Assembly: GCF_021028975.2 (NCBI RefSeq)
Contig: NC_059429.1
Location: forward strand, 95,728,001 to 95,792,000
Length of the DNA stretch: 64,000 nt
Reading direction: 5' to 3'
Origin: Sphaerodactylus townsendi
Lineage: Eukaryota
Part shown: piece by piece, positions 1 through 11,021 of the stretch
How positions within the stretch are numbered: position 1 is the stretch's first letter
Layout of the letters: each line of letters starts with the position of its first letter
Notes under the pieces: model-generated
Database searches by the model: none
Seen by the model: the letters and a program-made list of their open reading frames with translations, nothing else
Told to the model about the DNA's origin: nothing
Program-made: the position numbers and the translations under genes

Positions 1-544
1 CCCTTAAAGAAGAGAAAGATAAAAAGACAAATGGGAAAGAAAGGGAACAGCAGGTGAGCTTCTGGGGCTCGGGTGAGGGTGGGGAAGATGAAAAAATAAT
101 GGAGATGTATTTTAAAAGGCAGCTAAATTGAATGAGAGAAGAAGGGGAAAGGTTGAGTGTGCGTATGCCACTTTCAGCTGTAAGGCAATAACCAAGGAGG
201 TAGAATTTGAGATGAAGAACCAAGACTGAGGTTGAATGTCCCAGAGAGAGAATCCTGGGAAATGCTTATCCTAAACAAAAGCTCAACTTGAACTGGAATG
301 GAACTAGGCTGCTATCTCAGGAAAGATAGCAGAGTAGCCCTTGAACTTCTGGAAGAAATCAGAACAAGCTGAAGAGCAGATGGTTCATGAGACTCACTCC
401 CATGGGTTACCTGGTTTGGGTAGCCTAGAAGGAAATATACTAGAACTGGACAGTGAGTGGAAGGGTGCCAGGTATGGCAGAGGCATGTGTGCATGCTGAG
501 GGCACTAAGTTTTATGGCATACATTTGCACAAAATGACATTCAG

Positions 545-757
545 TGGGTAGATAGCCAGGATTTGAGAAATCCAGGTCCCCATGTTGCTATGGAAATTTG
601 CTGGATGACCTTGGGCCAATCACACAGAGTCAATCCAATCATTTTTACAGGGTTGTTGTGAGCATAAAACAGAAGAGAGGCTAACAGTGCAAGCTGCTTT
701 GGGCTCCTACTGGCAAGAAAGGCAGAGTGTTCATGACTTATATAATAAATAAATAAG
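545..757 (+). mobile_element. Old tRNA-derived SINE (Squam3/MIR-like)
   Basis: Core GCTGGATGACCTTGGGCCAATCACA...ACAGGGTTGTTGTGAG and (TAAA)n tail; boundaries approximate. Confidence 0.55.
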
Positions 758-871
758 TTGGACCTTAGCAGCCTTCACGGTAAAAATCAAGACGGCTTTT
801 TTAAAAAAATCGACATAATTATCAACCACAAATGCACCTGCTAGTATTGCCACTGATGTTTTTTTAAAAAT

Positions 872-912
872 CAGAGAGAGAGAGAGAGAGAGAGAGGGAG
901 GGAGAGAGAGAG
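872..912. repeat. (GA)n microsatellite
   Basis: Direct reading: agagagag...gggagggagagagagagg. Confidence 0.9.
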
Positions 913-2080
913 GATATAAAACTAAAGGGGCTCCCTTGGCTTTTTATTTTCTGCTGGTTGTTCAAGAACGCCTTGTCAGGAAAAATTACACCTACTGATT
1001 TTCCGCCTTTCAGGCATCTGTTCAAGGCAAAGAGATTTTGTCAAGAAGGTTGACCTTCCTAGCTACAAATCTCTCTTCCAACTGTGGACACATCCATTGT
1101 TCCTCCAAAAGCAAGTAACAATGCACAATGCATATGATCAGTGTCTTCTATTTCAAGACATTCATGTACTGAAAAGTGGCCAGAATGGGAGGGGCTGACC
1201 AGTTGTTGCCCGTTAGGTTAGAACAGGGAACCAGATCAGTACATGTTTGCGGCAGGAAAAACTTGTTCTGGTGCTGGACTCCAGCTGGAGTTTGTTATGA
1301 GCAAATCTGCAAACAGCCAATTTAACAAATGATCAAATACATTTGTAAAATATTCATTTCCAAAGGAGGAAGGGGAAAACAATATGCAAGTAAATGCCAA
1401 GCATCTGCTAATGTGCTAGCGACGGGCAAGCACACACATCATCCCAATTCATTATTCATGCCCCATCCTTAAGCCAGAATTTCAAGAGCACACTTTGTAG
1501 GAGAAGTTCTTTCTCCACTATAGAATCTGAGAGGGGAGCAAATGGGTAAGGCAATTTCACAGCTAGCCAGATGTTCTCAATCACTTTTTATGGCTATGAT
1601 GAGGATATTAAGGTTCAACAGGGAATGGCTATGAACAAGGTAGGGGACAGGCTGCAGCATGAATAAAAACGTTGGCTCGGGGAATCTTGTTGCCACAGTC
1701 CAAGGGTTATAAATGGAACCAGATGTGTAAGGTTCTTTGGGATATTGACCTCCTCTAGCAGTCCAGTGCTTTCTCTGGTGCTTTTGCGGGTGACTGACAT
1801 GATAACCTGCCAGACACCAGCGCAATGTAAGTGCAATTTAAAGGGCTAAACCAGCAATCTTGTGACTACCAGGTGTAATGAGATCTGTACCTTTAAGAAT
1901 CAGTTGATGGGATGAGGTAAGAGAATCAGGCCTGGAGAGTTCTCAGGAGAGAAGCTGCACAGTAAAGAGGGTAAGGAGGGGGTGCTTCCCCGCGTGTAAA
2001 CAGAAAAATATGAGGAGAGCCCACGGCAAGCCAACTTCACAGAGAATAGTTCTAAGGTAAGTGTCCCATGCGTAATCAGT

Positions 2081-2315
2081 CAAAGGGGCTTACAAACTCC
2101 TTTCCCTTCCTCTCCCCACAACAGACACCTTGTAAGATAGGTGGGGCTGAGAGAGTTCCAAAGAAATGTGACTAGCCCAAGGTCACCCAGCAGGAATGTA
2201 GGAGTAGGGAAACAAATTCGGTTCACCAAATAACACTCTGTGGCTCATGTGGAAGAGTGGAGAATCAAACCTGGTTCTTCAGATTAGAGTCCACCACTAC
2301 ACCACATTGGCTCTC
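2081..2315 (-). mobile_element. Squam3-like tRNA-derived SINE with internal duplication of the head
   Basis: Reverse complement reads GCCAATGTGGTGTAGTGGT...GAACCAGGTTTGATTCTCCACTC...GCTGGGTGACCTTGGGCTAGTCAC...CTCAGCCCCACCTA; paralogous to 18928-19194. Confidence 0.75.
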
Positions 2316-3204
2316 CCTTGAAAGGCACTCTTCATTGAAGCTGCTGCTGGAGCACCACCTGTAGAGGGGCTTGCAGATGCTGGTACTGGGCAGGGGTCTG
2401 CTGCTGGGGCTGCCCCCCCCCTCCAGCTGTTGTTGCAACTGAGCAGCAGGCAAAATAGCCTGAGCTAACTTTGGGGTGAACTTGGGAGATGGGAGTGTTC
2501 TGGCCATGGACCTTTTGCGGGTGACTGACATGGAAAGTGCTTTTCCATTCACCTAGGTCCTAGGACCAATGAGATATTGAATGATCTTCTAATGGGTTTC
2601 TCTGCTTCACAGTCGAGGACTGACTTTGAAAAGGTGTAGGACAACTTGGAATAGGTGGTGCTACTGCTGAATTCAGCATGGCAGGTATTTGTACCTTGAC
2701 CTGTGCCAGGGGCTGGCAAGGGTTCCAGCTCTACCTGGAGCTCTTCATGGAGAAGTCTGCTGAGCATCTTTGGAGCTGACTTTTCACCTGGGAGTTTGTT
2801 TGGCAAGGCTTGGACAACGCTCCCGTCAGCAGAGGGTCATCTCATTGTCACCTCCATTCAAAGCTCTCTCCCATGGCTGAGTCACTGCCTGCCTCATCTG
2901 AAGTCCCCTCTAAACTGGATTTTTTAAATGAAGAAAACTGTTGCTTCTCACCCATTTTTTATGTACACACACATCACAAAGTCTCCTGAATTTGGGGGGG
3001 GGGGGATTCCAGAGAGTGTGCATGCTGCTACTGAGCTCTGCAGCAAAGGTGAATTATGCAGGTTACTTTGATTCCTCCCTGCCTTGGCAGGCTCAAAAAA
3101 AACCCCTACCCCCTCCTATCCCCACCCTCCTGGTCCATTGTCTTGAGGACACATGGATTTTTAAGTAAAAGCTTCTCATGCTAAATTGTGCAGAGGGGTC
3201 CTCC

Positions 3205-3596
3205 CAGAGGTGGGATCCAGCAGGTTCTCACAGGTTCCAGAGAGTAGGTTACTAATTATTTGTGTGTGCCAAGAGGGGGTTACTAATTGGTGATTTTGCC
3301 ACGTGATTTTTGCCTTAGTTACGCCCCTCCTCTCAGCAGTAGCGTGCAGAACTTGAAGCAGTCTAGCAGGAGGTGCACCGGCATGCATGGCAGCCTGCGC
3401 CTGCGTGCATGCGTTTCCCGCCCAAGTACCGGCGCAGCGGCTGCGTCCTTGCCACAGCCCCGCCCAGCAATGCCCCGCCCCCAGAATGCCTGGCCATGCC
3501 CCCATCGTGCCCCGCCCAGCCCCATTGGTGCTACATCACTGTTTGAATCCCACCACCATGGGAACCTGTTACTAAAATTTTTGGATCCCATCACTG
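3205..3596. mobile_element. Non-autonomous hAT MITE (CAGWGGTGGGATCC family)
   Basis: TIRs CAGAGGTGGGATCCA / TGGATCCCATCACTG; exact 8-bp TSD GGTCCTCC at 3197-3204 and 3597-3604; closely similar to 22987-23363. Confidence 0.92.
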
Positions 3597-5276
3597 GGTC
3601 CTCCTCCCTACCCCCACAGAATTTTCTGATCTACACCCACACCTCTCCAGTTATGGCAGGGAAAGGGATCCATTCATTCTTATCCCCCCCCCGCCGCCGC
3701 CGCTGCCGCCTACTGTTCCCCAAGCAAGAACTTGATCTGAGAGGAAAAGAAACGTTTAGAGAAGGAAGATATGTAATTATACTGAGAATTACAAAGCAAG
3801 AATCACCAACATGGAAGGGGGGGTGAGTGGGAAGCCGTGGACGGCAGTGTGAGGGAGAGGGAAGGCTGTCTGTGGTGGAGGGAAAATGTACAGTGCAAAG
3901 CTGTGCTCACTGGCAAATCCACCCAGTCTGGCAGTGAAGCAAATTAAAAAGTCGCACTAGAAGTGATCTCACTTGCCACCAAGAGAATGGAAAGTGAAAG
4001 CGTTGCTCCAGGAAATAAGACTGTACAAGAAATCTTGTTGTGACAGACATTCACCCCCACCATTTTGTGCATAATCAGCCTTTGAGTCTCTTTACAGGAG
4101 AGAAAGCGGGGGCATAAATCCAAATTCTTCTTCTTCACTGCCTCACCCCAGCCAGAAGTTGGGTTAGTAAAACGTGGCTGTGGAGCAAGTCTCCACACAG
4201 GTGGAGCAATCAGCAATTCCCAGGGTCCTACTAAACTCCTTTCTTGCCACTCATTTGCTCCTGGGCCAAACTCTGTCTAACTACTTCAGCAAAGATAGGT
4301 AACTACACTACAACCTACCAGACTCTCAAATTTTCTTATTTTCTTAAATCTCCTAGCTTCAATTGTTTTGATGGCCAGAGCAAGAACTAATAATTTTTTA
4401 CAATTAATCTATGATACAATTATTGTTTGACAAACAACCTGGCCTCTTTTTAATTGCCTGGCACTAGATTAATTAGGGAGGAACTAGCCCTATGATGAGA
4501 TTTATTTTGTGCTTTTTTACAATTCCTAATACACAGTTGTTATAAGTTGCCTGACAATAAATTATTTTACAACAGTTAAATTGCTCAAACCAACAGGAAA
4601 ACAAAAAAAAACTTTACTAACCAGTGTGTCTCACCCAAGAAATACAAATAAATAAACCAGTGTTCAGCAAGGAAAGATAAATTTCTTACAGGAGAACACC
4701 CCCAACTAACCCTCTAAAATTGGAGTACAAAAAAGGGGCAACAAAAAGAACAGACCCAAAGTCCCCAGTACCCCCCCCCAAGACAAAAGCAACAGAACAC
4801 AGCACAAGCCTCTTAACAAATCAAAACATCAGAAATCAAAGCCAATGTATAAATAATATGCAAAAGAACCAGGAAGTAAAGTAAGTAAACAAGGTCCCTC
4901 TCCCACCAAAGAAAGAAAAGAAAACTGCACACAACTGGAATGCCAAGGAAAAAATAAAACAGAGATGACTAGCTTTTAAACTAAACAAGCGAAGTCCCCA
5001 CATGCAAAGAGGCCTGAAAAAGTTGAAAAACATACCACAACAGAAATACAACACAACAGCAAGAGCCAACAGCAAAGAAACTGCAGGATGCCAAAGCCCT
5101 TAGGTAGGCCTTCCCCACCACCATCAATCCCCCAAAATCACACAGAAAAGAAAATTTGAAATATGTTCTCAAACCAGGTAATAGTCTTGCCCAGGCAGAC
5201 AGGCAAGCAGAGAAGTCTCCTTAAGATTCTGGAATCCTCTGGCAGCAGTGGCACATACTCCAGAAGTTTGTTCAAA

Positions 5277-5490
5277 GTATTGTCAAAGGTTTTCGTGGCC
5301 GGAATCACTGGGGTGCTGTGTGGTTTCCGGGCTGTATGGCCGTGTTCTAGCAGCATTCTCTCCTGACGTTTCGCCTGCATCTGTGGCTGGCATCTTCAGA
5401 TGAAGATGCCAGCCACAGATCTGGCAGGCATCGAAGCGTCAGGAAGAATAAAGCTAGAAGCTCAACTTACAACCCGTAAACTCCACAACT
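5277..5490. mobile_element. Penelope-derived inverted (palindromic) pseudo-LTR fragment
   Basis: Head-to-head arms centred near 5400 (ctgtggctggcatcttca / tgaagatgccagccacag); minus arm ends GATTCCGGCCACGAAAACCTTTGACAATAC, matching 31801-31830. Confidence 0.7.
5361..5400 (-). ncRNA. Minimal hammerhead ribozyme core (Penelope type), helix I probably defective
   Basis: Minus strand: CUGAAGA-U-GCC...GGC-GAAAC-GUC^AGGA; conserved CUGANGA and GAAA boxes, helix II GCC/GGC, GUC cleavage triplet. Confidence 0.6.
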
Positions 5491-5992
5491 TTATACCCCA
5501 GTTTCTCACTGTTTAGACTTTACCCATGAGATCCAAGGTAAAGTCACATGTGAGAGGGGGAAGTAGCAGAGGGACCCTGGTTTCTCTTGCTCAGAGACAA
5601 AGTCCTGTTGTGCTGACATGATTTTTTTTGGGGGGGGGGGTCAATTTATTCTCTCCATCCCTTATTCTGCTACTGAAATATCTCATTAGAACAGCATGGC
5701 ACCTGTAGAAGGCCCTTTCAGATAAAGGAAGATGTGGTAATGGTGCATACAAAGAGAGGTAGTCTTCCAGATGTGCTGGATCAGGCCATGAAGGGCCTGA
5801 AACTGAGCTCAGTAACTGATGAGCAGCCAGTTGAGTGACTGCAGAATGGAAGTAATATGCCCACAGCATCTAACTCTCAATAATAGTCAAGCTGTAGTGA
5901 TCTGCACCAACGGGAGTCTCCATGTTAACTTTGAGGGGAGACCTACATGCCACCAGCATATACAGGAATAAGATCCCACTCTGTATCTAAGA

Positions 5993-6140
5993 CAGGGGTA
6001 GGGAACCTGCGGCTCTCCAGATGTTCAGGAACTACAATTGCCATCAGCCTCTGTCAGCATGGCCAATTGGCCATGCTGGTAGGGGCTAATGGGAATTGTA
6101 GTTCCTGAACATCTGGAGAGCCGCAGGTTCCCTACCCCTG
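5993..6140. mobile_element. Fully palindromic hAT (Charlie-like) MITE
   Basis: CAGGGGTAGGGAACCTGCGG...CCGCAGGTTCCCTACCCCTG folds back over nearly its whole length; exact 8-bp TSD ATCTAAGA at 5985-5992 and 6141-6148. Confidence 0.92.
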
Positions 6141-7267
6141 ATCTAAGAGTTTCCTCCTTCAGTTAAATGCTTTTTATTCACTATTGCAAAGAACATCTAC
6201 GCGTGGTGGCAAGGTGCCTATGTTCTGATGATCCATGAGTCTGCTTATCTCTTTGGGAACATATGGGCCTGGCATAACTACTAGAAGTCAATGTGCTTCA
6301 GCACAGTAGTTAGGATTGCCAACCCCCCCCCCCCCCCGCCCCCCGGAATTACAACAGAGCTTCAGACTATAAAGACTTCTTTGCTCCAGACAAGCAGACA
6401 GGGGCAAACAACCCACCATTACACTCAGTAGAGTTTGAAGCCTTCCTCCAGTTTAATTGGCGAGCCAGTGGCTCTTCCTCCTTTGGCTTCCTGCATTGTA
6501 GCCTCAATCTGAAGAGGGAGGGCCGTGGGACTCCAACATAACAATAATGCTTAGAGGGGCCATTCGATATAATCTTTTCTAGATTTTCTGGAATTTTGTT
6601 TAGCTTCACTCTTTATCCAGTTCTTTAGAAAACAAGTCTAGCAGCTAGATTGAATGACATTTTATTGCCTCACTATCTGTGGTAATAAAAATGCCAATTA
6701 ACTGAATGAGCTATTCTCAAGAGGCATTCTTTCCTAGTTCCATTGAAATTGCGACAGTTTGTAGAAAAGCCATTTGGGAATATTTGCAGATGGCACAGAT
6801 TCTCACATACAAAAACCTGGTGCACTGAGCTAGATTCAGTAAGCAGCTGACATAGGGAAGTGTTGTCAAAGTATTTAGAGTGTACATTTCTATTGAAAAG
6901 AATCTATGGAAGTTTCTTGTATTTTTTCAAGAATTCAGAACTGAAGACAGCATGATGCATTTTAAAAATCCATGCAATTGCCCCATCAAGGTATGGGAAG
7001 AACAGGCGTGACATGTTGGATCTTTCAGTAAAGCATCAAAGTCCATTCTACAGAGATGGATATGACACTTTAGCCTTTAAATGGGAGGGGAGGAGAGTGA
7101 AGTTCACATATGGATTTAGCCATCTATCCCAGCCTCATATCAGTGCTATGGAGGTCGAAAGGATGTATTCCTCCAGTCTCACACTTATCTCTTCCTCTCT
7201 CACTGCACATCATGAGGTTTTGTATTCTGTATTACTGTAGAAGCTAAGTGGAAGGACACTCTAGCTA

Positions 7268-8071
7268 GGCTGTTTTTGCATAGCACAATTACACCAGGAT
7301 TATATATACCTGGGCTTTTTTATCCTGGTTTCTGCCTTTGCACGACTCCCCACTTCTGCCCAGGAGCAAAGTTAGGACCAGTAGGAAATGCTCCAGGTTG
7401 CCAGACTTCTGTATTTACTTTGGAAGTATGTCTGAGCATGTCCAGTGTCCCGTATTCTGATTGGTTGTTGTTTTTGAGTGGCAGCTGCAAGCACTTGTGA
7501 GCTTGCCTGGCATCTCACATTCTGATTGGCTGTTGTTTTTGAGTGGCAGCTTGAGTGAACATCAAGCGGGGGGGGGGGGGCAGGAAAAATACATTTGGTC
7601 TGCTCCTGATTGGTGTTTTTGGGTATGTTCTGTGGGAATGGAAGAAATTGATCGGTGATTTTAATGGTTCAAAATAAGATTTTGCTGTCAGAGGGAGAAA
7701 ACTAGTAAATAGGTCTGCTAATTGATTTAAAATAAAGCTTGTACTGAGGAAAATATACCAAGTGATTGTTCTGATTTTAAGTGGCAGCTTGAATGGACGT
7801 CAGGCGGGGAGATCAGGCGTCTGGGCGGGAAAAATAAACTGATCCTGCTCCTGATTGGTTTTTGCATGGCACAGGCACAAGCAGGGTCACACCGGGATAT
7901 TTAAAAAGAACCTCCAAACTGGCAATTTTAAAAAATCCTGGGCTAAAGTAAATATTGCGGGGTGACACTGCTGCAGACCCTGTGTAGCTTGGAGAACTGT
8001 GTGGAATTCCTGGCTGCACAGGGATATTTTCCATGCTTACCCCAGGATATTTTGACCGTGCAAAAACAGCC
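7268..8071. mobile_element. Non-autonomous DNA transposon, PIF/Harbinger-like TIRs
   Basis: TIRs GGCTGTTTTTGCA / TGCAAAAACAGCC, flanked by TA on both sides (TSD ambiguous); internal repeats TTCTGATTGGxTGTTGTTTTTGAGTGGCAGC. Confidence 0.7.
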
Positions 8072-9677
8072 TATGATCATGAAGGAATTTTACTGGTTAA
8101 ATTCTTCTTTGGGAAGAGTTTTAAACCGAAACCTTAGTTTAAGCCTTTGCCTTCATTTGGCCAATCCCCAGATGTCTTGAAGGGGGTATGCTTGATCCAT
8201 CTCTCAGACCGGGAGATGTTTGCAGATTGTGTTTGGTCTGCTAGAAACTGTGTTTTATTGTATTTCCTATATTTGGGTGCTATCTCATTTTTCCTGTAGA
8301 CCTGTTTTAAGTGTGCTTAATAACAAAAAGTTTAAAACTTGCTACTTTGACTGGAGGGGCTTTCTAGAATGACGTACCCATGAACCTACTGTCCAACTCC
8401 TCCAAGTTATAACAGTCAGAAGGAAGGTTGGGACCTGGCTTTTCCTCTCACACTCACATGCAGCTATTACCTACATTACTTACCAGCAAGGCCTGGATGA
8501 ATTGAATGCTCCCAGTGGAGAGTCCTACTGATTTATGTAAGATTTGGGGAGGAGGGGAAGCTGAGCTTTTCCTTCACAGTTCAAAGCACCATGGCCTTTC
8601 TTACCATACCTTAGGTATGGTAAGAAAACAATTAAAGGACTGTAGGGTTCACCTCCCTCTTCAGATTGATCACAGTCAGAAGATCTGTCCACAGTCACCC
8701 ACATTTCCCTGTTTGAATCAGGAAAGCCTCAGTTATGCTCAGAAAGAGTACAGTGTCTTGTGGAAGCTCCCAGAAAATGTGGGGGCATGCTGTTCTTCAT
8801 GAGGGAAAAATGTAGAAGCAGCCACATTAAAATCAAGATAAAAATCACAGTAAATCTAAGGTTCCTTCAATGGATGGAAGCTTGTAGAGGTGAATTTGGT
8901 CACCCCCTTAGCTAACTATAAATTAAGACCCTTTTAGTGTTTTCATTCTTCCCTCTGCAGCTGTCAGTTGGTGGTCTAGACTGGCAGGGTCTAGTGGCTA
9001 AAGCTGTTCTCCAAATTTTAGGTATTACAATATAATATTGGGACACTTGATATGTGTGACATGTTTGAGGGTTTGTAAACACCTTTACCTATTGCATTAC
9101 AAGTGTTTTGTATTGTGTATCTGTTTCTTTGAGGTGGTGCTTAAGAGAAGCCTGTGCTTAATTCTCTAAGATATATCTTGTAATGTGTAAGAAGCTGTAT
9201 CAGTACATCTGTAAATATTAGCATTTGTGACTTTTGTTAAAGACTGTATTCCTATTTATAATTTCATTCAAGCAACAGAGAATTGTTATTAATAAATATA
9301 AACAAATATGTATCATTTAAAGTTGTTTATTACACTATCACAGAACTGTATATTTACATGTATATTTTATACACTGTACAATTTATTAATAGAAATATGT
9401 TCATTGTTCTTGTTGCCAGTGTGCACGTGGGACTTTATGTGTTTGTGATTGCCTTCCTCCATGCCATGATTCTAATATTCTTTGGAGACCTCCCATCCAA
9501 ATTCTTGCTTAGCTTCTGAGGCTTAAAGATAAGAACTTCTTTGACTCTATGTGCTTTTACTGGTAAAATCATCAGTCATGAAATCTAGAGCTGCTATTTG
9601 ATGCCGATCTCATGGTTCTAGAAATCCCAGTTTTTCTAAACACTTAGGATTGTGCTCCTGAACTGTACTGTAACACA

Positions 9678-9856
9678 TTGGCTCGGTGCTAGAGCATACG
9701 CTTTGTAAGGTCTCAGGTTCAATCCCCAATACCTCTAGCTAAATGAATTAGGCAATATGTGACCTCTCTCTGTGGTCCTGGAAAGCCAGTGCCTGCCAAA
9801 GTAGATGATACAAACTTGGATAGATTTATGGTCTAACTCATTATAAGGAAGCTTCA
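9678..9856 (+). mobile_element. Squam2-like tRNA-derived SINE
   Basis: A-box-like TGGCTCGGTGCTAG, B-box GGTTCAATCCCC, 3' ATGGTCTAACTCATTATAAGGAAGCTTC; same family as 57105-57245. Confidence 0.6.
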
Positions 9857-10609
9857 AGTCCTGATACAATATTGGGAAGTATGTGCCAATTAGAGATCAT
9901 GACATATCTGTAGAACCATACAGGTTCTACAAGTAAGTTTTGGAGGCTGTAGCAGTGGTTTATCTTCTCCAACAAGCAGCAACAAAAGGAGGTGAAACCA
10001 AGCAGAGCGCACACCAATTTCATGCTGTCCAAGACGCAGGGGACTAAGAAAAAGCAGCCTGATGCAGCCTGAAAATTCCAGTAATTGTTGTCACTTTTAA
10101 AAAAATGCATATGCATACAAGTAATAAATACAAGTAAATAGCACCATCTGGTGCGTACCATCAGGAGTACAGACTGCACTGTATTCAACTGAGCAGATAT
10201 CTACATGGGAGTGAATTTGATATGTACAAGCTCTCGACTTTTAAAGAATTTCTAAATCAAAAGCATGACTCCAAATAATTTTTTTAAAAGAAGCACAAGC
10301 AACCTAGACTATTTAACTTTTCACGAGGATACATGCAGAAGGAGGTGTTTTCAGGGTTTCTACTAAAGTGATTTCATATTTTTGTCATATTACAAAATTG
10401 TTTTGACAGTTGTTGCCCCTAGCCAGAGTATTTTAGAGCTATATTTCTGTGAGGACAGCTAAGGAACTCCAAGACATGGAGAGGAAATGACTAATAAAAC
10501 TCCAAAAATACAAGGCATTACCATAAACAACATAGAATAGATAATAGACAGAAAAGGAAGTCAGGCATCATCAGCAGATGATCTTATTATTTTATGTCAA
10601 TTCTCATGT

Positions 10610-11021
10610 AGCCCAATCCTTGGGGGCGGGGGGAGGAATGAACTGATGGAGACAGCAGGGGAATATGCTGGCACATTTGCCCCCTCCACCGGCATACAGG
10701 GCGCCTCCACTGGCATTGGCAGCTGGGAATCCTTCAGCTCTGAAGCGGTTAAATCAGGAAGAGGCTGTCTTGCAGAAGAATGCTGGTGTCCAACAGGATG
10801 CCAGCACAGGGGAGGGGTGGACCAAGGTGTTCCCGGGGTGGAACCAACATGAGGCAGCTTCCAAACAGCCTTGGAATAGCTCCGTTTAGCTCTATGGACA
10901 GCTTTCAGACAGACAGATTTTTGGGATTTTTAAGCTGTCCTCCTAAAGCTGCCTGAAATCCCTCTGGGGATGGTGAGGCAGCAGCACTGTCCCCAGCCAC
11001 CAGGGACATTTGGATTGGGCT
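10610..11021. mobile_element. Old non-autonomous TIR element (AGCCCAATCC termini)
   Basis: TIRs AGCCCAATCC / GGATTGGGCT; related termini at 19399-20427. Confidence 0.55.

Noticed and set aside
2265-2806. Minus-strand ORFs of 95 and 85 aa with a possible donor site
   Set aside because: No recognisable protein similarity, and one runs into a SINE; cannot support as exons
3176-3826. Overlapping ORFs of up to 179 aa, with near-identical ORFs at 23042-23392
   Set aside because: They are incidental frames in copies of the GC-rich hAT MITE, not paralogous genes
4270-5270. A-rich region that may be a reversed L1/Tx1 ORF1-ORF2 junction
   Set aside because: Motifs too eroded to call by eye
9678-9735. 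tRNA-like A and B boxes
   Set aside because: SINE head without a complete cloverleaf
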